From the NCBI RefSeq assembly GCF_041956535.1, contig NW_027192205.1, positions 124,001 through 188,000 of the forward strand: 64,000 bases of DNA, written 5' to 3'. The notes under the pieces were generated by a model. That model did not search any database, was not told where the DNA came from, and was given only the letters and a program-made list of their open reading frames with translations. This document shows, piece by piece, positions 50,157 to 63,460 of this stretch. The translations under genes were made by a program, and so were the position numbers. The first letter of the stretch is position 1; every line of letters begins with the position of its first letter. The stretch is from Calcarisporiella thermophila CBS 279.70. Taxonomy: Eukaryota; Fungi; Calcarisporiellomycota.

Positions 50157-53100
50157 TCATAGCTTCAGCTCGGTCAAGATTCTGCTGCACACGTTCTTGT
50201 ACTGCCAGATGGGCCCGCCAACTCGTCGGAATTGCACGCCATGCATCCCAAGCAACCACGGCACTCGCACGACGAACACCTCAAACCGCACGACCCCCGA
50301 GTCCGAATTGGAGAAGGAGGGGGGCGTGTCGGCTTGGGGGACCGGGTGGGTGGGCTGGTTTCCGGACCAGACGGACGAGCCCCGGCTCCCCTTGTGGAGA
50401 TGGTCCAGACGGGAGAGATCAACGCTGGGGGCGTGGATGCACTCGAGCCCGCCGTCCGACTCGCGGAACTCGATTCCCAGCCGGTTGAGCACTCCCACCA
50501 GGGTTTCGCGAATTTCATTGGGGGGCCGCGTGGAGGTGGTGGCCACGGAGAAGAGCCCCTTGAGGTATACGGTGCGAACCTCGGGCGAGCCCGAGCCGGA
50601 GGCGGGAGGTGGGTGGTGGTGGTGCTGAGGTGAGGACGAGGCCGAGCTGCGGGAGACGTGGCGTTCGAGCTGCTGGCGCTGGTCCTCGTTCCACGAGCCG
50701 CCCTCTACCTCTTCGTTTTCCTCGGGGGGAGACGGGGTTCGCTCTCCAGCCTCAACATTGCTACCAATGTCATCGCCCTCCTCTCCTATCGATAGTGGGG
50801 AGGCACGTAGATTCGTGGGGGCGGGCGCACTTGCCGTCGACAGGGTGCGCCTATGTCTTCGCTTTAGGGCGGAGAGAGGGGTCTTTCGACTTGTCGTCGT
50901 CGACGACCGATGCAGCCCCGGAGCCTCCTTTGCGGGAACGAAGGATCGTGGGTGGGCGATCTTGTTCCCCAACTTGCGAATGCTATTCCCGATGTTGGAG
51001 AGACGTTTGGATTTACTCCGAGCCCCGGGTCGATCCCCCTCGCCGTCTTCCGCCTGGTCCGGGGAGCCAGTTTCCAAGAACTGGAAGGGCTTGCCGCGTA
51101 GCGAAAATGGGAGCAAAAGGGTGTGCCGCCGCGTACTCTTATCCGAGAGGGCAGGGGTATTTTCAGGTGACGCCAGTAGCGAGAACCGTTTTGAAGGAGG
51201 GGAGGCGTGGTCGTTGCCAACCACGCCTCGATTGGCGGCGGGCTTCCTTAGAGACAGCGAGAAATGTCTTGTGTGTTTGCTAAGCTCGGGGGGCGATGTT
51301 GCCTCTATCCCACTGTTGTCGAGGGAGTGCCGGCTTCTCGCGAAAGTTTTGCTTAATCGGCGGAGCATCTTGTTGGCAAACAGCGCATCGGCGTAGGCCG
51401 ACTTGTTGGTCGTCCGCTTCTCGCTTCGAGGCGCCTGCCGCTCCGAGAGGGCGGGTCGTTCTCCCGACAGGGCAGCCTCGGCAGCGGCGATCGCCTCACT
51501 CTTGCGCACATCCTCGTGCAGGTTGGGTGTGGGGATTGAGACCAGCCCATCCCACTTGCCTAGTGGAGTTGGTTTGTTAGCGCCGTCGCGCCCCATACCC
51601 GGCGTCCCCTGCGCGGCCGAAGGATATTCTGCAAAAGGTATGCTGTTCACGGTGGATGTGGACGCTCGCTGCTCGGGAAGTCTTTCACGCTCCAGCTTCT
51701 CTTGCACCAGATGGTAGATGGAGACGAGAGGGTGATAGGCGTCGGGCAACGACGCGGGGTCGTCTGGGGGCGGGGGAGGAGCGATGTGTGAGGCGGGCTT
51801 CCAGCTGAATTTCGTGAGGGAAGAGGTGGTGGAGGAGCCAATCTTTCGCTGTACTTCTGCGGAAACACGGCGCCGGTAGGCGAGGCCCTGCGCCAGCTGT
51901 CGTGCCGCACGCTGATAGCTCTCGTTTTGTGTGATGGACTCGAGTCGACGCTGAATATCGTGCTCAGCTCCAAGGCCAAACCCGCTCATGCCCGTGATCA
52001 CCTCCGGATCAAGAGGCAGTGTGATGGGCGCGCGATAAGGCATGTGGCTGTCGATGGGCGAGTCGAAGCCTTTGTTCATCCAGGGGTGTTGCATCACCTC
52101 GGCAAGGGTTGCCCTCTGGATCGGATTGGTGACCAGCATACGCGAGAGAAGGTTTTTGCAATCTAAAGAGAACAGTCAAAAAGGGAGGGAGGATGGCATT
52201 AGGCTAGGGAGCGTCAAAACCCGCGCCACGACAAGACGTACCATTCGATAGCCAGTTAGGGTATTCGACCAGTCCTCGCTTGATTTTAGCATGCAAGGCG
52301 GGCATGCTCTGGTCGTCAAACGGCACCTTGCCGCACACCAACACGTAGAGAACAATCCCGAAGCTCCACACATCCACCTCAGGACCCGTGTACAATTTTG
52401 CGTTCAATAGCTCGGGGGCGGCGAAATACAGAGAGCCACAGAACGTGGAGAGCTGCGAAGTAGGAGAGTAGATATTCGACAGCCCGAAATCGATGATTTT
52501 GATGTCGCCCGTCTGGGATATGAGGATATTCTCGATCTTCAAATCTAAAAGAATTAAGGTTTTCAAATAGGATTCAGCAACTCATCCATGCCAAGGAGGA
52601 AAGAAATCAAAGCAAATAGCAGTCGATGTGAATATAAAAATACCTCGGTGCACGATAGAGTTTCGATGACAATAATCTAGTTCAAATGAAAGTGAGGAGC
52701 GGAAGGTTAGACATCTCCGGTGGATGGCTGGCAAAGACACAAGAGGAGGAATGCAAATTACCTAGCGCACTAGCAATCTGCCTTGCGAACTTCCGTGCCT
52801 GCTTCTCCTTCAGCCGCCCGTGGCTGATGATGTAATCAAGCAATTGTCCGCCATTGACGAGCTCAAATATCATGTAGTGGTGATAAGTATGCACAAACAC
52901 CTCGTGTAGCTCCACGATGTAAGGATGGTGCAGTAAACGAGTAATGGCAGCTTCGCGGACGACACGAGCCTCGTCGCTCTCATCTTTTTCGGAGGACCGC
53001 CGCCCATCCGATTGAGCCCTTCCGCGTGGGATAATTTTCACGGCAACCTTTGGTTTGCAGAGATTCCCAACAGAAACAAAAAGGCAAAGACAAAACAAAT

Positions 53101-53703
53101 TAGTTCTTGGAGGTTTCGTGCAGCGATGGTGTATATCACCTTTTCTCCAGTAATATTGTGGATACCAAGCTTCACTTTTCCCATGCTCCCCGCCCCCAAG
53201 GTCTTAGCTAGCGTATACTGCCCCACCACTTTCCTCGACCTCGGGCGTACTGGTTGTGATGAGTGATAGTGCTCCGCTCGATCCTCATGGCCACGACGTA
53301 TTGCATCAGAAGGGCGATAGGCCTGCGAGTAGCGCTGCGATTGCTGGTGGGTTTGTGGCGGAGGGGCGTTGTCCGAGAGGCGGGGCGGCGCTAGGTCGAG
53401 TGCGGGGGAGTTGGCGGAAGAGTAGTGTGGGAGGTCGGAGGTGTCCGGCGTATGGTAGGCCGGACGTCGAGGGGCTATGTGGACTTGTCTAGGCGGTCCG
53501 GATATGTGGGGAATTGGAAGGCCTTCAGCATCCCGGGATGTGCGTGGGCTTGAACGGGGATTAGTGGTAAGGAGGGCGTCGGCATCGATGCCTGCTTGAA
53601 ATGATTGCGGAGGGGCAGCATGAAGTCCGTGATCTCGTAACGAGGTGGCTGTTGTAGGCAGTTCCTTTCCCTCACGATTAGATGGAACCTCTGCCCCAAG
53701 CAT
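50157..53703 (-). CDS. KIN1: Kin1/MARK/PAR-1 Ser/Thr kinase with C-terminal KA1 domain, multi-exon
   Basis: [96 protein letters not shown]. Start codon approximate. Confidence 0.95.
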
Positions 53704-56003
53704 TGAAGATTGAACTAGGATGGGAACAGACAAAAATTGTAATGGATTGCTGTGTGGTGGATATTAGTGAATCAAGGATGCAGAGCTCGGCGGCAAAGAG
53801 AGCGGAAAGTGGGAAATAAAGAGAGAGGGGGTATATATCAAGTGATTGGGAAACAAAAAATATAGTGAATTCTAGATTGGAAGGGATACAAGATTAGTCC
53901 ACAGAAGAAGAGCAGAAACAATGGCCAAACATCATCGAGGATGAAGCCGCACATCGCGGGCCAAGATCTCATGTGTGCATCGGAAATCTGATTGCACAGA
54001 TGATTGCCGGCGGCCATGGCCCACGAGAGCTTACCTGAAGATCACAAATGGCGGGGATCAAAGCATCACCTAGCTTCCACAACACAACAAAGCAAGAGGG
54101 CTTGAGCACAAGGGCTTCTGGGGAGGAATCTTCGAGAGATGTGGCAGAGCCAGTGATGAGAAAAGATGGAAAGAAGATGGCTACTCTATTTTCTTTGCTT
54201 GTGTGGGGCCAGAAGTTTAAGCTAACCAATGCTGCGCCCTCTCCTGCAAAGGGCCACTGAGACTTGGAGGGTTTTGCGAGCTGTGATTGGGCGCAGAGCC
54301 ACCAAGGTTTTCAATAACCTTCAGACTCGGTGAAAAAAAGGCACCGAAAGGGTTCACTCATCCGCGAATGGCAGTTGCCATCTATTGATTGGGGTGAGCG
54401 TGCCGCATCCGCCTTACATCGCCCAGGAATCCGCCGACCGCGAAAGCTTGGCGCTCCAGAGCAATGGGATGCCCCATGGCGAGGATTCAATTACTGAGAT
54501 AATGTTTAACAGCTTTCCTTAAAGGTGTCACAGGGAATGGATATTGGCATCTCCTCCATATGTCTGTTATCTTATAATTTCTTTTGCCATCAAAGTGTCA
54601 GCCGTTACTCAGGCAGCTAGTCTATTTCCTTGAGACCTAGCTCAACTACAATTCAATCATAAACATCTTCAATACCTATTCTCACCTTGATTTTTATCAT
54701 GACAATTCCAAATTCCCCGGCCGTCTCGTATTTAGTTGTAGAGAGCCTTTTTTTGCTGCTACCTCTAAGTGCTAAAGTGAACCGATTCAGCAGTCTTCAA
54801 TAACGCTCAACTTTGCACTATTGGACTTTGTCTCTGTATGTTCACCTCAACTATACACTTAGTCCACTTGTTGTCCATTGTATCCTTTAATGCTATCCAA
54901 AGTGCGATATCGAACATTTGGTTCTCTCTTTCGTCTTATGATAATGGGCATATTGAATTTTAATGTGACAATCTTTGACACATTTGTAAAATAGAGACTG
55001 CAGGTTTCCCCTACTCATTCTATCCTCCCGGAAGGCCAACTGACTAAGAATAGGTTGCGCCGAAAGTACAATGGGCAAAGGCAACAAGCAGTTCGAGCTG
55101 GCTATTTCCTGATAATTTACCAAGCAAAATGCCTTTTGATGGAAAATACACCTATTCTTCAACCCGACGCAGTTGGGGGAGGAACCCCTGTTGTTTCATG
55201 AGCCAGGAAGCTATCCAAACTTAATTAGAAGCAATCCGTTTATTATTAGCATTCTTTTCGCGCTAGGAGTACAGTGGTCAAGTGAATGGAAAAACGTTTT
55301 CACCTCCCCCCAAATGGGAAAAATGCATTCCTTTTTTTCTTTAGAGCTCATATTGGAAAAGAAAAATCCTATAATATCCTAAGATAGTCGAGAATATCCT
55401 CTAATGATCGTAACTTATACCCAGCCTACTAATCAACAAAGAACACATGGCCCGCTGCTTTTTTCGACTCACTCACTCTCCTGTTTATAAGAACTTCATC
55501 TCAAAGCTCAAGCATATCACAGTTGTCCTCCGTAACTTAACAGTCCACTAACTTTTCTTGGCAATCCGAATACGGATCACGAATGCTTCTTGCGGGTTTA
55601 GGCTTTGGTCCCCGAAATGATCAATAGGGGGGCAATTCTTCTGGGATGAAACAGCGACACGAGACTCAATATCAATCTATGCATTTAGTAATAACTCAAT
55701 ACTAGTATTCGATGCTATCTTGCAGATGGGATACTGTATTCAAAAAATCAAGTTATTCAAGAAGCATCTCTAGGGACAAGAGAACTGGTAAATGAAACAA
55801 AGTAGGAAAGCACCCGGCAACTCTCTTGAATTCTATATATCCTATTCTTATATTCCAACTCCATGGACGGATTGGACTTATTTGGAACAAATTCGTGGCC
55901 GAGAAATTTAACCGAACGGAAGATGCGTCATGGGAAATTTCAAATGTCGGGAGGGGTATATAAAACGCCCATTTTCAGCCGGTCTCCATCCTGCATCTCT
56001 AAA

Positions 56004-56456
56004 ATGGACATTATCGGGAAACACGTTATTTATGAATATGGACAATTAGGCAGGTACGAAGCATATTTTCAATCCGAAAACATTATCGTCTATGCCATCT
56101 ATGGGGGACCGATGCAAGGAAGGTATGCCTATCAAAAGGCGTACTATCAAAAAATCAGAGACGATATATATAATGTGTCGTGGGTGGAGGAGACGGGTTC
56201 GGTCGTGACGATTACGTATGACTTTGGCCAGAAGCTCGTCCACGGATTTATAGCGTTCAGTGAGGGACACTGGAAATATAACGAGGAAGCGCATGGTGAC
56301 AAGCGCAATATAGAGGACTTGGAACGCTGGAGACGGCTCTCCAAACACGGCGACCATACGACAAGAAAAATCCACTTGGATGTGGCCCGAATTGTAGAAG
56401 TTTTCGACGGACCCGGCGACCTGAAAGAGGTAACCCCTGATATGCCCTTCTTTTAA
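56004..56456 (+). CDS. pad: Phenolic acid decarboxylase (PadC-type), intronless, 150 aa
   Basis: GKHVIYEY, YEAYF, YAIYGGPMQGR, SWVEETG, FSEGHW, AHGDKRN. TATATAAAA about 45 nt upstream argues for ATG 56004 rather than 55863. Confidence 0.85.
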   Translation: MDIIGKHVIYEYGQLGRYEAYFQSENIIVYAIYGGPMQGRYAYQKAYYQKIRDDIYNVSWVEETGSVVTITYDFGQKLVHGFIAFSEGHWKYNEEAHGDKRNIEDLERWRRLSKHGDHTTRKIHLDVARIVEVFDGPGDLKEVTPDMPFF

Positions 56457-58037
56457 ACAGGATCAGAGGCGAATGGACGCTAGGTGCACTAGGTTAACCG
56501 GGAGAAAAGTAAATATAAATATGTAAAAAGCACGTAAATAAATACCGTTAAGTTGCATATGCATCAATCAAATTTGTCGAAATTTGTCTTGAGGAAATCT
56601 CACGCTTGCTCTCAATATTCATGTTTAAACAAGCTTTGTTTTAATGAGCTAGGAAGTAGTGAAACAGGCGTAGAAGTAGGGTGGCTGATGCCTAAGGTCT
56701 GGTAATAGCTCTAGTTGTATCTACCATTGCTAGCTACGTGAATCCTGCTTATTACATCCATGCTAGAAAGATTCAAGTGACTTTGAAAAGGAATTAAACC
56801 ATGCAGCTCGTCTCCTTTCCATTCCCTGAACATACCGTACATAATTAAAATTAATATTCCAAGAGATTTTATACAATGTCAGGACTGATGGTCGACCATA
56901 CCAATCCTAGTACGACCTTTGAAATAACCAAGCAAAAGTTTAGCATGGCTTTCGAGTTAGAATGATTCATGCGAGAGAGGCACCAGTTATTCACGGTCAG
57001 ATAGCATTGTATATGTTGTTTTGCCCATTGAAAAGAGTTTGTTTATTTTCAATCAAACTTGTGACATTAATACAGCCATTTCCTCTGTAAGGCCATTCGG
57101 GAGAACTGGTCTGTCACTAAGTCCAACTTGGTATCATGCACAACCTTTGTGCCTGACACTGACACTTGAAACAATACTACTTGCTGCCCTAAGTATCCAC
57201 AATAGAAAATAGTGGACAGGATAAGCTGTATACATTTTGACTATGTGCCTCCAGAAGAGTATTGGCTTGCCGCGAGAGTAGAGATCACACACGTATTATG
57301 GAAGTTGCCCGAGATTTTAACCAAGGATGGTAGCTGCTCTAAATGGGAATTTCACTGGGGGAGTCTGTTTTTCAAACTGAGCTAAGCCGATTTATCAGTA
57401 CTTCTTACGGCCATTTCTCTTAAATCGCCTAATATTACCATATTTGAGGACACTTGTGTAAAATGAATGATTAAGCGGGAATTTGGATTGACAGGTGCAA
57501 GTAGATGAGAGTCAAAGGGAAAAAGAATTGCAAAGAGAAATAAGAATCAAACCCAATACTGGTATGGCTCATGAAAGGGCGCGTAGGGTCAAACAGCCTC
57601 TTCATCGCAGCGCTTTTGCAATTAGAAGACTAGGCTGTCAAGCTAGGGTTGCAGATAATGTAAGCGGGCTAAAATAGACTCAGCAAAATGAACCAATTCT
57701 TTGCACCGTTCCTTTTCACGATTCCAAGCCGAGACGAGTCGCCAACTATATCCTCACAATTCCTCGCTACTCAACTCTTCGTAGACTCTAGAGAGCTCCT
57801 AAGCGCTGGAGAGATCGTTTAATTTGATCTTTGAGCTGTAATTTGCCATAATGCGGTTTTGTATTTCGCGTAGGCCAACCGAGGACCGAATCCATGTGTC
57901 GTGTTTATATTACCTTCCACTTTTGAAGTTCATAAAATCCTGTATATATTAGGAGCGCGCGCAAAAGTTTGCTTTGCTCTATCTATTTTATGGCTTTCTC
58001 CTCCCTATCTTGCCCTTTTATCTTTTTCTAATTGCGC

Positions 58038-60669
58038 ATGCAAAATTCCGCTGATCACGACCGGCCCAAGAGCCAAAAGACGCCGATTGAAAAGAAACGT
58101 CGAGCTCGAAGAGCATGCTGTGGATGCCGAGCAAAGAAGCAAAAGTGTGACGGTGTACTCGAAGGTTGTTCGCGTTGTAAATTATTAGGCATTCAATGCA
58201 TATACCCCGTTTCTCTAACTCGGAGGGGTCGCCCAAGCATGCTCTTTCAAGAGCAGATCGAGGGTAGATTTGTGAATGTTGCCTCCGCCTCTGGGCAGAC
58301 CTATGGAAGCCTACTACAAACTCTGATCCCAGATCTTGACCGAGAACTCTTCGGTCCTAATGTAGATAAGCTCTTCCTTAATAGATTCTTAATTCGCTTC
58401 TTTTTAACCTTTCTAATCCCTTCCCTCCTCCTCCCCAAAGGCTGGCATCGCTTCGCCAAGCATCACACGGCCCGTATGGAATCGGAAATGGGCACAACTA
58501 ATCCATTTTAATCGATTTCCTGGCTGCAATTTTGTCACCAATGATATGTTCAGCCTTCTGATTGAGAAAATGAGCTCTCTTAGTATGGATGAGTGCGTTG
58601 CAAAAACATTTCCTCGCTATAACGTTAAAAACCTGGAAATCGAGAAAGCATCTCGACTCTTTTGTCACAGAGATCCGCTCAAATCCATCACCCTTCCCCA
58701 AGGGATCATGCTTATCAATGGCTGGTTCTTTAAACACATCAACCCTCATCCATTGATTCTCAATCGCAGCATCATGATTAAAAACTTTTGCGAGCAACAG
58801 ATCGATCCTTTCTTATATGCTACGCTTTTCGGGAAGGTGATGGTGATGTGCAACGATGAGACCGCTCGATTCAACGGAGAAATGCTCATCGATTATGCCT
58901 TGACGTTGTTGGAGAATGAGCCATACAATGCCACTCTACCTAGAATGCAGGGATTATATATCATGGCGGGCCATATGAATTATCTTGGGGATTCTAAAAA
59001 GTGCTCCGCACTCTACCGATTAGCCCTGAGAATAGGCAAGGAGCTCCGTATACCAGAGCAAGACATGGAGCATTTCGATATGCAGCTGGATCCAGTCGAG
59101 CGCGAGTTGCGAAATAATGTCTGGTGGGGACTTCGGATTGCGCTTACATGGGAAGCCTTCCATTTAGGGAACAGGCTTGAGCCTGACGTGGCGGCAGCCC
59201 CCATCAAACTTCCCGTCAAAGACGAGCATGAGTCGGCTCTGTTCGCGCTCGACGAGCAAAATGGGTTTTCCATTCACCATAAAGAGCACATCCACCTGAT
59301 TCGCTCGTTCTACAACTGCGCTTGTTTGTCGGTGTTCTTGACGGAGATCTGGCAACGTGTGATAGCCCCTCCTGAATCCTCCCCTTCTACTGAGTTCCGG
59401 GACGCATCCTCCGCTGTCTCCTCGATGGAGCGGCTTTTGCTTGATTTCACGAACAACCTCGATCCAGTGTACGCCGCAGAGCAGCTTCTTTACCTTAAAA
59501 TCCTCAGGATTCACTCTCATTTTTCGAAAGCACGGATTCCCCTTCCTCTATCGCTCAGGATTGGCGTTATCATGGAGTGCGTGACTTCCGCCAACATGAT
59601 TGTTCAGCTGGCCGAAACCGTACTGAAGGATGTGGATAGTCTGCCAATGCACCCTGTGGTGGTTTTTGGGCTCAATACGAGCGCATTTGTGTACTCTCTC
59701 CTGTTGGCACTGGGAACGCCCCAACAACGGGAGGAAGCCCTCCGGAGAATGCGACGAGTGTTACAACTGGTTAAAACAAAGGGCCTAGCTTGTTGCGACG
59801 TGGAACTGATACACACGATTGAAGGCTTATTGGCAAACACTGAAAAACATCAGACGTCCTCAGTCGCCACAGACCCGTCGCAATCTCTTATACCAGTTGA
59901 AGCCCCTCTTGTAAGCCTTAGATCATTATCGAATACGGACAGAATAAATGGGGAAACATCATCTCATCGGACTTTGTCGATGCTTTTAATGCCTAATCCA
60001 AATAAGTCAACGTCGGCTCTCACTCTCCCTTTTACTCCCACTGCTACTACTCCCAACGCCACCTCTGCCCCTCCTCCCACCATCGATCCCTCCTTATCAT
60101 CGCCATCTCCCCTCGCTTCTCTCCCCTCTTTACCCACCCAGTTCCAATGTACATCCAATGAGATGCAGACATCGGTAGCTCCTCTACTTTGCCCCTCCTC
60201 CCAATGGTTATCCCCATCTTGTAGCTCTTTCTCTGCCGGCTTGCCTGCTGCAAGTCTGGGCCAACTGGCGGGCCTTTCCAATATAGAGACCTCATCTCTC
60301 CCAACTCTTTCAGTCTCTGTCCGGCCCAGTGGCCTGTCCACGGCTCAGCATCCACCCATTGTCGAGAACGTGAGCTGCGATCAGGGAGACCCGGTCGTCA
60401 CTGATTTTTCTAGTGCACTCGAAATAGATTCTGCTCGGTATTATGCAAGTCTTAACCTCCCTTCCGCCTTACCGACCTACATAGATTTCAGTAACGCACC
60501 TTCGGTAATGGACGAAAGCCACCAGGTCACAAACCCTGTGCAGGCAAGTAGTCGTGGTGGCACTACCATGGATATAAAGAACAGCGGTACACTCCAGGGA
60601 GAAAGAAGTGATAATAGGGGTGGGTTCAGTACCTCCGCTCGCTCAATTCTTGATCCGCCTAGGGGATGA
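58038..60669 (+). CDS. Zn(II)2Cys6 transcription factor with fungal TF middle domain (exons 58038-58361, 58441-60669)
   Basis: ACCGCRAKKQKCDGVLEGCSRCKLLGIQC, VERELRNNVWW, S/P-rich tail. One GT-AG intron (58362-58440) joins the two ORFs in frame. Confidence 0.9.
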
Positions 60670-62178
60670 CCCTTTCTTACCTATTTATTAATATCACAGA
60701 AGGCGGATGCCTATGGGACCAGGAATAATCGGGCACTTATGGGAGCAATTGATCTACGGCTCTCGCGTTTATTGCAGTTGCCGATACCGGTATTTTACAC
60801 AAATGTAGTGAACAGATCTTCCGTTGTGTAGAGGAAAACGAACAAACAAAGCGACGAGTGATGTTCTCTGCGGTCTTCTGCTGCTGAATTTCATGTTGCA
60901 ATTTTGTATTATTACATGTTACTCCTATTTAATCTAGACATTCTATGATTTTCTGCCTGCAAGAGAAAATATATAAAAAGCAAGCCTAGTTTTTGTATAT
61001 AACAGCCAGGTGTGTCCACTCTAAAGGAACTTCTCCTACCCCCGACCAAAAGCATCGGGACGTGGGGAAGCAAACTGCCATGCTCCCAATTTCTCGACAA
61101 CCCACTTCATTAATCGGATTGAGACGCGGAGCTCCTTCTTTTTTGGTTAGGCATTGATTGGCCCTCAGTACACCAGATCCACGGCAGTACTACAGGTGTA
61201 CGCAATCTTAAGTACTGCGGCGTATATCTAATTATAGCGCACTGTATATTTTTAAACAAATATATATATATAGCAAATAAACTCGGTGGCCGGGTGGCCA
61301 CCAATGCGCTAGAAAAATGTGAGAGCCGCGTCAAATTATCGCTTAGTAACGGGCAACCGCAGAGGGAGTGGCGAACGTGTAGATATCATCCGATCCACCG
61401 CCCCAGTGTAAGACTTGCAACTGCGATTTTCCCGGGTCTCTTCACCATTCGCACCTCATTAGTTAACGTGGGGCAGCTCTGGCAGCCTGTTGGAATTTGA
61501 CCCGGCTGGTTCCTTCATCGAAGCCTAACGTCGTGCAGAAGCAGAGATCCGGATGGCCAGGGTGGCCTGCTGCTAGCTCCCAGAGACATTGCCGGTGACA
61601 GGATGACGCGATCCCCAGTCCCGCATGCTCGTTACAAGTGTGGGGTGGGGGATAAGTGAGGCAGAATCCGTCTCATTTGTAAGCGCATTAGGCTCGCGGC
61701 CACCCGAGCACCCGGGAGAGTAATAGCGCAATGTTTTCATGCCTGACCCACTTTCCTTTTCAGGCCGATCCTGCTAACCAAGGTTGTTTCCCATTTTTCC
61801 CAATTTCTGGCCGCCTTTCCCAAATGGAGTGTGACGCTTTGAGAAAGCCGGCAATCAAGACAGGCCTGAGTCGGCCTGGGGAGGTGCGATTGGGGGGACT
61901 GCGGTTGGACAAAACCCCTTTGATTTATTAACCCGAACACTGTGATCGAAGTGCGTCGAGCCTTGCATTATTTTGTCCCACCGGCATTTCAATAAAAACG
62001 AAAACCAAGAGCACCGTTCGGCGGCCCTCATTCCTCTGCACCGAATTGCTCCCCTCCCTTCCCTCTCTGCTTTGCCCTTGTTTGCGCTTCTGCCGCTTCT
62101 CTCCTTTCTTCCTTCCTTCCTTCGTGAGAGGCAATGCGCTGTGTCCCGGCTAATTGAACCCCCACATGTGATTCCATC

Positions 62179-63460
62179 ATGCGAAACCTACCCCTCATTC
62201 TGATTTTCCTCGCTGCATTGGCAGTGTACACTAATGCGATGGCCTCGCGCCCTATGGGCGCAAGCGTTGCCAGGCTGCAACCACGAAATATGATGAAAAG
62301 CAAAGACGATACAATGAAGCATAAACCCAAGCACTCCATGAGACCAAAACGAAGAAAAACTCGGCCCATGTGTAAGTTCTCTTCTGCAGTCCCCCCTCTT
62401 TGCCTAGTGTCTCTAGTCCATCCCAACTGACCTACCGCTTTTGGTTGCTCTTATTTTCTTCTCCTTTCCCTTGTGGCTATTAGCGAACCACCATAAGATG
62501 ACCCCCAAAGCTACACATGTGATGGGGACAAGCTCCCCTTCGAGTATGGGGGGCAAAAATGTGATGCGGACCCCTTCCTCTTCGATGAACCACATGAGCA
62601 CAAGGGCCGCTGTTCCCCCCTCTGTCCCCTCCTCCAGGATTCTTCCGTCTGCCTCCTCGAACAAAACAATAGCAGCCCAACCAACCCTGACTCCCAGCAC
62701 CCAGCAGCGTGAGACAAGCGACTTCATCATTAATGATAACAGCTCACGCGGGTCAGCAAACCCGCAGCAGGGAGCGAACAATAATCAGCGTGAAACAAGT
62801 GAATTCATCACTAACAGCGAGGACCCCAAATCTCCAGGGAACTCCAACGCTGCTCCAAAGTCTAGCGTCTCGGATAAGCACAGCGCCCCCTCCGGAGAGG
62901 CTGTCGCGGTGGAGACCGACAAGTCCAACGACCCACCCGCCTCAGGCTCCTCCGGATCAGCTCCCTTGGTCGCCGGACTAACTGTAGTTGGCAGCATCGT
63001 CGTCCTTGCAGTCGGTGTGCTTTCCTTCCGTCAGTACCGCCGCAAAGGCACTCCAGATGCCTCCGACAAAGAGCAACGCCTCATCACCCCGCAAATGATC
63101 TCCGCCCCCATCCACAACCTCACTCCGCCCCCGCAAGTAGAACCCGCCCCGCTCCCTATCCGTGCCCTCGAAAGAGATAGCCTCCCTCATCTGAGAACCC
63201 CTCAGTCGTCACTGGCAGATTATCAACTTAGAGCCTCTCTGGGCCCGAACATTCCAAGGGGGCCTTTTCCCGTCATCGCCACATTCATGCCCACCCTCTC
63301 CGATGAGTTGGATGTACAGGTTGGGGACGAGGTGCTCTTAATACACGAGTACGACGACGGCTGGAGTCAGTGTGTGAATTTGACACGCGGTTGTACGCAG
63401 GGCGTGGTCCCTACCAAGTGTATTGGTATACCACAGGAGAGATTAGATCGAAACTACTAA
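62179..63460 (+). CDS. Type I membrane protein: signal peptide, S/T/P-rich ectodomain, one TM, C-terminal SH3 (exons 62179-62371, 62484-63460)
   Basis: MRNLPLILIFLAALAVYTNA; LVAGLTVVGSIVVLAVGVLSF-RQYRRK; VIATFMPTLSDELDVQVGDEV...YDDGW...GVVPTKC. Confidence 0.88.

Noticed and set aside
50152-51717. Many long antisense ORFs over the Kin1 tail (likewise over the dehydrogenase, MFS, DsbA-like and GPCR exons)
   Set aside because: Expected shadows of GC-rich coding sequence; no motifs.
55863-56003. 47-codon N-terminal extension of the PAD ORF
   Set aside because: It contains the TATA box, and family similarity starts at Met 56004.
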